The position numbers and the translations under genes are program-made. The notes beneath the pieces are model-generated. The model was not told the DNA's origin and did not search any database. It saw only the letters and a list, made by a program, of their open reading frames with translations. Positions 39,198-50,500 of a DNA stretch of 64,000 nucleotides are shown here, piece by piece. The stretch spans positions 22,072,001-22,136,000 of the forward strand of contig NC_086108.1 of the NCBI RefSeq assembly GCF_963921235.1, given 5' to 3'. This DNA comes from Mobula hypostoma. Its lineage: Eukaryota. The number at the start of each line of letters is the position of its first letter. The first letter of the stretch is position 1.

Positions 39198-42100
39198 ACT
39201 GAAGGAAGAGCTAGTAAGAGATTTGAAAGTGGGAGGGGGAGATCCAAAATGATAGGAGAAGACAGGAGGGGGAGGGATGGAGCCAAGAGCTGGACAGGTG
39301 ATAGGCAAAAGGGATATGAGAGGATCATGGGACAGGAGGCCCAGGGAGAAGGAAAAGGGGGAGGGGGGGATTAAACGCAGAGGATGGGCAAGGGGTATAG
39401 TCAGAGGGACAGAGGGAGAAAAAGGAGAGAGAGAGAGAAAGAATGTGTGTGTATAAATAAATAACGGATGGGGTACGAGGGGGAGGTGGGGCATTAGCGG
39501 AAGTTTGAGAAGTCAATGTTCATGCCATCAGGTTGGAGGCTACCCAGACGGAATATAAGGTGTTGCTCCTCCAACCTGAGTGTGGCTTCATCTTTACAGT
39601 AGAGGAGGCCGTGGATAGACATGTCAGAATGGGAATGGGATGTGGAATTATAATGTGAGGCCACTGGGAGATCCTGCTTTCTCTGGCGGACAGAGCATAG
39701 GTGTTCAGCAAAACGATCTCCAAGTCTGCGTCGGCTCTAGCCAATATATAGAAGGCCACATCAGGAGCACCGGACGCAGTATATCACCCCAGCTGACTCA
39801 CAGGTGAAGTGTCGCCTCACCTGGTAGGACTGTCTGGGGCCCTGAATGGTGATAAGGGAGGAAGTGTAAGGGCATGTGTAGCACATGTTCCGCTTACAAG
39901 GATAAGTGCCAGGAGGGAGATCAGTGGGGAGGGATGGGGGGTGGAATGAATGGACAAGGGAGTCACGTAAGGAGCAATCCCTGTGGAAAGCAGAGAGAGA
40001 GGGGAGAGGGAAAGATGTGCTTAGTGGTGGGATCCCGTTGGAGGTGGCGGAAGTTACGGAGAATAATATGTTGGACCCGGAGGCTGGTGGGGTGGTAGGT
40101 GAGGACCAGGGGAACCCTATACCTAGTGGGGTGGCGGGAGGATGGAGTGAGAGCAGATGTGCGTGAAATGGGGGAGATGTGTTTGAGAACAGAGTTGATG
40201 GTGGAGGAAGGGAAGCCCGTTTCTTTAAGAAAGGAGGACATCTCCCTCGTCCTGGAATGAAAAGCCTCATCCTGAGAGCAGATGCGGCGGAGACGGAGGA
40301 ATTGCGAGAAGAGGATGGCATTTTTGCAAGAGACAAGGTGCGAAGAGGAATAGTCAGATAGCTGTGAGAGTCAGTAGGCTTATAGTAGACATCAGTGGAT
40401 AAGCTGTCTCCAGAGATAGAGACAGAAAGATCTAGAAAGGGGACAGAGGTGTCGGAAATGGACCAGATAAACTTGAGGGCAGGGTGAAAGTTGGAGGCAA
40501 AGTTAATGAAGTCAACGAGCTCAGCATGCGTGCAGGAAGCAGCGTCAATACAGTTGTCGATGTAGCGAAGGAAAAGTGGTGGACAGATACCAGAATAGGT
40601 TTGTAACATAGATTTTTCCACAAAGCCAACAAAAAGGCAGGCATAGCTAGGACCCATACGGGTGCCCATGGCTACACCTTTAGTTTGGAGGAAGTGGAAG
40701 GAGCCAAAGGAGAAATCATTAAGAGTAAGGACTAATTCCGCTAGACGGATCAGAGTGGTGGTAGAGGGGAACTGATTAGGTCTGGAATCCAAAAAGAAGC
40801 CGAGAGCTTTGAGACCTTCCTGATGGGGGATGGAAGTATATCGGGACTGAACATCCATGGTGAAAATAAAGCGGTGGGGGCCAGGGAACTTAAAATCATC
40901 GAAAAGTTTAAGAGCGTGAGAAGTGTCACGAACATAGGTAGGAAGGGATTGAACAAGGGGGGATAAAACCGTGTCGAGGTATGCAGAAACGAGTTCAGTG
41001 GGGACCTCCCTCCCTCCCCTTTCTAGATCTTTCTGTTTCTATCTCTGGAGGCAGCTTATCTACTGATGTCTACTATAAGCCTACTGACTCCCACAGCTAT
41101 CTGGACTATTCGCCTTCTCACCCTGTCTCTTCCAAAAATGCCATCCCCTTCTCACAATTCCTCCGTCTCTGCCGCATCTGCTCTCAGGATGAGGCTTTTC
41201 ATTCCAGGACGAGGGAGATGTCCTCCTTTTCTAAAGAAAGAGGCTTCCCTTCCTCCACCATCAACTCTGCTCTCAAACACATCCCCCCCATTTCACGCAC
41301 ATCTGCTCTCACTCCATCCTCCCGCCATCCCACTAGGAATAGGGTTCCCTTGGTCCTCACCTACCACCCCACCAGCCTCCGGATCCAACATATTATTCTC
41401 CGTAACTTCTGCCACCTCCAACGGGATCCCACCACTAAGCACATCTTTCCCTCCCCCCCCCCGCTTTCCGCAGGGATCGCTCCCTACGCGACTCCCTTGT
41501 CCATTCGTCCCCCCCATCCCTCCCCACTGATCTCCCTCCTGGCACTTATCCTTGTAAGCGGAACAAGTGCTACATATGCCCTTACACTTCCTCTCTTATC
41601 ACCATTCAGGGCCCCAGACAGTCCTTCCAGGTGAGGCGACACTTCACCTGTGAGTCAGCTGGGGTGATATACTGCGTCCGGTGCTCCTGATGTGGCCTTC
41701 TATATATTTGCTAGACCCGACGCAGACTGGGAGATCGTTTTGCTGAACACCTATGCTCTGTCCGCCAGAGAAAGCAGGATCTCCCAGTGGCCACATATTT
41801 TAATTCCACGTCCCATTCTGATATGTCTATCCACGGCCTCCTCTACTGTAAAGATGAAGCCACACTCAGGTTGGAGGAGCAACATCTTATATTCCGTCTG
41901 GGTAGCCTCCAAACTGATGGCATGAACATTGACTTCTCTAACTTCCGCTAATGCCCCACCTCCCCCTCGTACCCCATCCGTTATTTATTTATATACACAC
42001 ATTCTTTCTCTCTCTCTCTCCTTTTTCTCCCTCTGTCCCTCTGACTATACCCCTTGCCCATCCTCTGGGTTTAATCTCCCCTCCCCCTTTTCCTTCACCC

Positions 42101-42246
42101 TGGGCCTCCTGTCCCATGATCCTCTCATATCCCTTTTGCCAATCACCTGTCCAGCTCTTGGCTCCATCCCTCCCCCTCCTGTCTTCTCCTATCATTTTGG
42201 ATCTCCCCCTCCCACTTTCAAATCTCTTACTAGCTCTTCCTTCAGT

Positions 42247-42284
42247 TAGTCCTGACGAAGGGTCTCGGCCTGAAACGTCGACTG
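42247..42284 (+). ncRNA. Minimal type I hammerhead ribozyme motif, intact, sense to the host pre-mRNA
   Basis: tagtc CTGACGA agggtctcggcct GAAAC GTC gactg. Confidence 0.8.
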
Positions 42285-42448
42285 TACCTCTTCCTAAAGA
42301 TGCTGCCTGGCCTGCTGCATTCACCAGCTACTTTGATGTGTGTTGCTTGAATTTCCAGCATCTGCAGAATTCCTCGTGTTTGCCAAAATAACGGAACATT
42401 TGCTCTTGTATTATAAATCTGAAATGTGGTTAAAGCTATAGTATTGAC

Positions 42449-42990
42449 ACTCAGTGGACACTTTATTAGGTACAACTGTTTGTTAATGCAACTATCTAAT
42501 CAGCCAATCATGTGGCAGCAACTCAAAGCGTAAAAGCATGCAAACATAGTCAAGAGGTTAAATTGTTGTTCAGACCAAATATCAGAATGGGGAAGAAATG
42601 TGATCAAAGTGACTTTGACAGTGGAATGATTGTTGATGCCAGGCAGACTGGTTTGACTATCTCAGAAACTGCTGATCTCCTGGGATTTTCACACAGAACA
42701 CTCTATAGTTCACAGAGAATGGTGCAAAAAAAACCCTGAAAATATCAAGTGAGCAGCAGTTCTGCGGGCAAAAGTGAATTGCTAATGCCAGAGGTCAGAG
42801 GAAAATGGCTAGACTAGTTCAAGCTGACAGAAAGACGACAGTAACTCAATTAACCACCCATTTCAACAGTGGTGTGCATCTCTGATCGCACAACACATCA
42901 CATCTTGAAGTGGATGGACTGCAGCAGCAAAAGAACAGGAACATTCAGAAATACACTCAGTAGCTGCTTTACTTGGTACTTCCTGATATC
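42449..42990 (+). mobile_element. Tc1-like transposon remnant (N-terminal HTH)
   Basis: MGKKCDQSDFDSGMIVDARQTGLTISETADLLGFSHRT; cactcagtggacactttattaggtac end motif. Confidence 0.7.
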
Positions 42991-42994
42991 AGTG

Positions 42995-44350
42995 GTGTGG
43001 AAGTTACTGGAGGGGAATCTGAGAGTCAGGGTCCACCTGCATCTGGAAAGGTAATAATGGAGAAGTGATTAACATGGCTTTGTGCATGAGAACTCATCTC
43101 ACACATATTTGATTGAATTATTTGAAGATGTGACCAAGAGGAATGACAAGGGCAGGGTGGTAATGTTGTCTATATGGAGTTTAGCAAGACCTCTGACAAA
43201 CTACCAATCTGATAGGCTAGTTCAGAAGGTTAGAGCACATGGGATCCAAGGTGAGTTTGCAAATTGGACATAAAAATTGGCTTAATGGTAGGAGTCAGAA
43301 GTAGGTAATGAAACGTCAGGATTGAAGGCCTGTGACCAGCAGTATACCACTGGGATCAGTGCTAGTCCCCTCTTGTTTGTCATCTACTGTGCATCAATAA
43401 TTTGGAAGAGAGTACCATTGGCATGGTTAATAAAGTTGTGGATGATACCAAAACTTATAGTGAATAAATATTTAACGGTGATAGTGTACAGTGAAGAAGG
43501 CTATTTAAGATAATAACACAATCTAGAATAACTGAAAAAGTGGGCCAAGGAATGGCAGGTTGAACTTAATTCAGACATGCATTTTGATTTTGTTTAGTTA
43601 AATCATGGCAGGACTTGCACAGTAAATTTCAGGGCTGTGGAGTTACTGGAGGGAATCTCCAGTAACAGAGACTAAAGGGTAGTTCATAGTTTCTTGATGG
43701 AGGCATTTGGCACATTTGCCTTCATCAGTCTGGACTTTTGAGTAGAAGAGTTGGGACATTGGACTGCAGATGCTGGAACATTTTGTTACAACTGTACCAG
43801 TTGTTGATGAGTCCACATTTGGAATATTCTGTACATTTCTGGTCAGTGAATGATAGGAATAATGACATTAAAATGGAAAGGACAAAGAAAAGATTTCTTA
43901 AGGATGCTATTGGGATCGAACAGCTTGAGTATAAGGAGAGAATGGATAAGCTGGGGCTTGCTTCCCTCAAATGTAAGAGGCTGAGGGGAAACCTTGTAGA
44001 GGTATATATAACCATGAGGTGCATAGATAAGGTGAAAACTCACAGTATTTTTGGAGTCTAAAACTGGAGGGCATAGATTTAAGATGAGAGGGGAAAGAAT
44101 TAAAAGGATCCTGAGGCTCAAGGTTTTCCACACACAGGTTAGGTATATGGAATGAGCTGTTGTGTGAAAGTTGTATAGTCATATACAATTACAACTTTTA
44201 GAAGGTATTTAAGCTGGTATATGGATTGAAAAAGTTTGGAGGATAATGGCCAAAAACAGGCAATTGAAAGTAGCTCATGTAAGCAACTTGGTCTGCGTGG
44301 ACGAGTTGGAGCAAAGGACCTGTTTCCATGCTATAGAACTCTATGGCTCA
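42995..44350 (+). mobile_element. Degenerate CR1 LINE (RT to 3' tail)
   Basis: LIELFEDVT...KVRAHGIQG; LLQLYQLLMSPHLEYSVHFWS. Confidence 0.8.
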
Positions 44351-45412
44351 AAATTATCTTCAAATATTTTTAATAAGGTTGCTAAGTTTTGACCCTAGTT
44401 GTTTATAATGTTGTTAACTGTTAACCTTATTCTGTCACATCCAGATGAGGTAAAAGTGAAAGGTTACCTTCCTGGATGAGATTAGGGCAATATTTGGTCC
44501 TCAATGAGATGCTTTCAAGTTTCATTGTAGCGTGGGTTGTTACTAGCCATGCTATTACCAGATTTATTGAATTCAGTTTTCCAACTTACCTTGATGTGAT
44601 TTCAACTCTCAGCTTTATCCAGGTAACCATTACAATCACTGGACTGCTTTAATGGAATTTGAAATCTCATTTAAGTTCAATAGGATGGTAGCTATGAGAA
44701 AATTAGACTAGTCCAGAGCAATTGAAGCTGGCTGATGGAATAAAGCTAAACACAGCTTTTCATTGCCAAAGAGAGCTAGATACAGACATTAGCCTGCAAA
44801 AATATATTTTGTTGATATCTTTGATCAACATTGCCTATTTTAATCTCTAGATAAATAATGACAAAAATTTAATTGAATTTTGCTGTCAAAGCGCATAAAA
44901 TGGAATGGCCTTTGAGGGATCAAAAGGCATTTTAGAATAGAGTTACATTCTTTCTGGAAAGTAGAACAATAACTAGGCAAATTAAATGGCAAAAGGAAGA
45001 ATAATTCCATTTTACAAAATGCAGCAGTTGGCAAAATTGAACAAAAGCTTTTTTCTGCAATTAGTTTATATCCTGGGAGACCAGATCATTTCAGGTGCCC
45101 CTTACAGGCCTGAATTAAAATAAATGTTTTCTGGAGAGAGCACTTTAATGGACTTGAGCAAGTTTGTCTAATTAATTATTGTTTGTATTTCTGAATAGGT
45201 AGATGATGCCTTAGATGTCTATTAGATCAGATGGCTGGGAATAAAAACTGTATTTATGGTGTCATGCTGGGCGCTTTGCAGCAGTCAAGCATTGTCTATC
45301 AAGTCCATATTGTGTTATTCCTCTGAAAAGGAGTACAAAATAGTTCCTTGCAGAAAGTATATCCTCAGTAGTTGATTTGATACCTGCATTTTTGCGTGCA
45401 GTTTATAGCTTT

Positions 45413-46251
45413 TGTGACAAGAATACACATAGATTAAGATGTAGCTGGCCTGGGCTGGCACCAGTGGAATCAGCAGTTGGTCTGCCACCTGTCTTCAGGA
45501 GAGAGAGAGAGATAAGGAAAACAATGGAGCAGCATTTGGAGATGTTAATGAAGGAAGGAGAGCTGTCAAGATCGGCTCCCCCTTTGAACCCTGAACTGTT
45601 TGAAGTGATGGACAGGCGATACCCCAGCAGGGGGATAAAAAGGGACAGGTTCGTTAAGGCAGGACACACACGACACCCGAGGTAACAAGACCCTGGAAGC
45701 GGTGCGTCTCTCACAAGTCAGTGGAAAGTACCGGGCCATAAACGCACAGGGTGGAAAGGTACGATCGGCGGGAACCTGGTGTGTGTCCACCCTTGCCTGG
45801 GTGCCGGGTTCACCGCAGGGAAACGATCGTATCTGGAAACGGAGGGGTCACGGTCGGTGACCTCAGATGACATCACAAAGGACTCGCCCGAAAGCTGACT
45901 GCGAAGGTCTGTGTGTGGAAGCCGTTTTGAATATTCATTCGTTTTGCTCTCTCTCTCTCCTCCCCCCCCCCCCCCCACTGTCCATCGATTACTGCGAACT
46001 GAACTGAACTTTGCGTCACTTTGAAACTGGTCATTTACCCCTAGACAACGATAGAGCTTGATTGATCCTGTTATCTGAATTCTATATACATGTATGTTTA
46101 TCATTGCTGAACTGTTGCATTCATTATCCTTTTGATTAGAGTACTGTGTTGCTTGTTTCTTTAATAAAACTTTCTTAGTTCTAGTAATCCAGACTCCAAC
46201 TGAGTGATCCATTTCTGCTGGTTTGGCAACCCAGTTATGGGGTACGTAACA
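45413..46251 (+). mobile_element. Solo LTR (Gypsy-like, 4-bp TSD)
   Basis: TGTGAC...GTAACA termini. CTTT duplicated at 45409-45412 and 46252-46255. TATA-like ggataaaa at ~45633 and AATAAA at ~46163. CpG-richer than the flanks. Confidence 0.8.
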
Positions 46252-49200
46252 CTTTCAATGAGCATAGGTGAGACTGCCAATGAATCTGGAGGTTGAAACT
46301 GATAAAGTGCTGGGTCTTAGAACTGATGCTAAATGAGCCAAGTATCTATTTTTGTTCCAGTGGAACTTTGAGCTGTATTTACCATAAGGATCCCAAGTCT
46401 GATCCCTGACCTTTGCTGAATTCACCTTGATTGGACAGCAATGAATTCAGCAACCTCATAACTAACAAGAGGAAATTATGACAGCTTAATAAGGAAAAGT
46501 TCTGGTACCACTGATTAGTTATTGATGTTAGAAAATGTGTTTGTGAACGTGGATTAGCAGTTGAAACCTTTGGGATGCAAAGTGTAACCCAATCATGATT
46601 GTTATTTATCAATTCATGCTAGAAATTGGACAAATAGATTCAACTTAGTTCTTTTGACCTTGAGAGAAATATTCTGATCTTACTGCAACTACTCTTGTAT
46701 ATCTGGTGGGTCTTCACAAAAGGAGTGTTTCAGTACTAAACAAATTGTCCTCAGTTAAAACAATTGGAGTCATCATATTTGATCATCACCAGTTTTAATT
46801 TGCATTTGTTTATCTTGTAATTAAGCTGATTAATTCTGCATGAGGATCAGAGATAGAGCTTCCTTCAGATATTACTCATACCATCTGCTGTCAGTCAGGC
46901 TGCTACGTTCATTCTTTCTCAAATGTATGAGCATAGGGAAGGGTTGAAATATTTAGTATTTAAAGAAATTGATTTAATTGGGCAGTGAAAATGCTGCCAT
47001 AAGATATGATTTATCTGGCATCAAAGCTGAGAATTTTCTGTGTTGTGGACCCCAATATGAGCTGTTTTCCTTGCAACTTGTAAACTGCTTTAGCACAGCC
47101 ACAGCAAGGTGTCCTATGCTGATTTCTTGGTGCTCATTTGTTGTTTTTTTTGTTATAGTAAATATCTACAATTTCTCATCCTTGTCTCTGGTGTGTGGAT
47201 TTCTTTTTGAGCATATCACATCTACAGGATACAAAATAAATATCTTTGACTCCAAGAAGGTTTGCATGATAAAGTTTTCTTTACTATATAGTGATAAATG
47301 GCTCCTGGGGCTTCTGCAGGAAATATACATTTTATTAAAATAGGCCAGTGTTTCTGATTTAAACTTTAGATTGAGCATAATTCCATTCGTTCTGGTTATT
47401 CCCTGACTGTTCACTCAAGCAACTGCTTTGCTAATAGAACTTTTGAGGTTTTTAACATAATGTTCATCGTGATCTTTTTGCCATGTTTTACTGAAACCAA
47501 TCAAAAGCAGCACATTTTTTTCTCATGTTCCAGGTCACAGTCATGTAGGATAATTGTAGATCTTTTATACCACCCTGTGCAGGCCAGAGAACAGAACTGA
47601 ACCCACACTGGTTTTTATTCCATATTGTGGAATTTCCTGACCAACTTCTGTGTGAATTTAAAAAGCTTACATCCTGTTCAATGTTGTGTCACTCCAAAGG
47701 AACTCCTTCACAGAATGTTGATAGTCAACAATGCATATTAAGGTCTACCATATATACATGAGTAGTGGACCCATGTGTCAGTACAAAAGACAATTCTGCA
47801 GGTATTTCCAGTTGCCTTCAGCCAGAAACACCCTATAGATTATCCACCAAAAGAAGTGTCTCCTTCAAAGATCTAATTTGATTTCCTCCAATTTGACTCA
47901 ACATCATTCAGTGCATAGTTACATGACCTATCGTGAACAGATCTAAGTTAGTCAATTCACTACACAACTTTAAATTAATTCAAAGCTTGTATTTTATTGT
48001 CTTTACACAAATATGTTGATCCCAGCTAACAACTTATGTTATGGATCCTACTGTTCCCTGTGTGCCAATACTCACAGACCACTTCTCCAATTTATAACAC
48101 TGAAATAGGGGAACTCCCATTAGCCAAACAATTGATCCTTCTTCTCCCAGCCCCTGGCATTAGGGTCTTCCTTGCAATAGTTAGCCTCTGGAATTGCATC
48201 TGATGCCCCTCATTCTTATTTATTTTCCCTATCAGTTCAATATGCTGTGTTTCGATCTTATTGGCTCTGGCCTGCCTTAATAATGTGTGTCAGCTTTTCA
48301 TTAGTCCAAGACAGTGTCATTTTTTGCCCCTCTCACAAGTATCAACTTGTAATTGATATCTCTTTGTTCTGAATCAGAGCAGATCAGCCAGTTCTAGGCT
48401 CAAGTTACTCAGGTCAGACATAAACTACCCTATTGATAAATCTATTCATAAACCTGCAAGTTCCATCTTACCAAAACAAATCTCACAAGTAACTTTTTAT
48501 TTGGAAATAATCTTTAGTTCAGTAGGTTATCAAGAGCTTTACTGTATCCAATTTTAAGTGCTTTGATACAGCTGTTCTTGAGTATAACCAGTTCACAAAA
48601 TGGAGATTGCAGAGCAGTTTCATGGAATGGAGACCTCTATTCCTTCAACCACATGGCAAGAACAAAGACATCTGGTTTGCCTACCTCCACTATCTTTGAC
48701 TCTTTCCAGTTAGATGTTTCCTTCCGTATTTTACATGACTGTACCGTGGCTGAAGGCTTGTGTTTCAGAGCCAGCTACAACATGCAATTTTGTCCAGATA
48801 CAAACTGCCCACAAGAAGCAGAAAACTAACATTTTCCAGACCTTTCCCCTCAGTGCCTTTGCCTCACATACTTTTATCTCCTTTTATCTCTCAGCTGCTC
48901 ATCAACTCTCCTGCTACTCACACAAAACACAGGCAACTACATCTGTCAATTAATCTACCAGCACATCTTTAGAATGTGGGAGGAAATCTGAGCACTTGGA
49001 AAAATCCCTCACAAAATTCCACACTAACATGCTAATTCATACAGGAGCTGCTGGAGGTCAGGATCAAGCTATGCAGATGAATCCAATCATATCAATGACA
49101 GTCTTTTCTCAATCATCCGTAACAAGTGGAAGGCTATTTTGGTGTTATACACCAAGGCAGCTCGTGTTAAAATCAAGTTAATGAGAATTGAGGGAAAATT

Positions 49201-50500
49201 CTTTACAATAATTGGATTCATACCAAGAACCAAAGATTGTGGTTGTTGCAGGTCATTCAATGTGGCCACAGGATTTTTTCCTGCAGGAGTTCCTGAGTTC
49301 ATTGTCCTTTGTTCAGCTATCTCTGTTGGTTTGTCTGAAGTAGGGCACGTTCACATTTTGCAGTTCATTTCCAATACAGAGCAGTCCCTGTTTACATACA
49401 GTACGTCAAAGCTTCACCTGTCTGCTAATAAATATCAAATAATTTTGGTGTCAACAAAGTGCTGGGCAATAATCAACTTTGACAAGATCCTTTGAGCTTC
49501 ACTAGGGTTACTATCATTGTCTTCCTCGTCAACATGCTGTTGGTCATTGTTGACAGAAGCTTAAATATGCTTGCCACACAATTGCTACAATAATGATGAT
49601 ACAATTGGTAGTAAATGACTTGCCTCTGGATTCCCAAAGGCCAGTCCACTTATGTAATTGAACATTTTTTCATAAGTACAACTGCTTTATTACATCCAAG
49701 GCTCAACAAAAGTTAGGAGAGAGCAGTCTGCATGATTGGCTAATTATTTGAACATTCACTCCCATTACTGCTAGATTATTATGTCCACAGTGTGCACAAG
49801 TTACAAGCCATACTGCAGCAATTCACAAAGGTTCCTTTGACAACACTGCCCAAATCTGAAACCTATTTCAGTCTGAAGAACAGCAGATGTATAAAAACAC
49901 CACCACCTGTAACTCCTCCATATCAAACACATTTTGAAATGCAGATCCATTTAACATTGCTGGGTTTAAATCTTGTGTTATTTCATAAAATCATTCAATT
50001 CATCATTCTTGCTTAATGCCATTACCTACCTTTGCAAATATAATGTTGATGCTTTAAGGCATTATAATCAGATTTTTTTCCTGCTCAGAGACACAACTAT
50101 ATTAAATAGAGCAATAATGACTGCAGCTAAGTCTGCTACAATGCACATTACCATAATGAAAATTGGTTATAACAAGATTAGTGGTTTAGGAACATTATTT
50201 GCATTACACAGGTTGTATTAGTTATAGTGTGATCACATACAGGAAACATGTTTAAACCTGAGCTTTGTAGGCAACTGTAGCCTGTTCTTCTATGTCAAGA
50301 CTTTCAATGAGGTTTATGAGGTTTGTAAGAATGTAACCATTGTGTTAAAGCAGAAATACCTGTCTTTCACTTGCTCTGTGAATTTGCGAGTAGTCTGCCC
50401 TTAAAATTAATGTAGCTTCTTGAAACCTTATGCATTTGAAAAGGATTGAAATAGTTTGGCTGTTCTTCCTTCCATAAATTGCAGTTGGAAGGGTTTTAAG

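Larger units (their letters stand above)
39101..42383. mobile_element. Fold-back Neptune-type Penelope-like insertion: minus arm ~39101-41003, plus arm 41004-42383
   Basis: RT motifs MDVQSRYTSIPH, FLQTKGVAMGTRMGPSYA and FLRYIDN. Cys linker CKRNMCYTC. GIY-YIG start HFTCESAGVIYCVRC. Imperfect TSD ccaaataaaggaaca (39089-39103) / caaaataacggaaca (42384-42398). Confidence 0.92.

Noticed and set aside
45377..46212. ORFs of 102-164 aa
   Set aside because: They lie within the solo LTR and have no recognisable domain.
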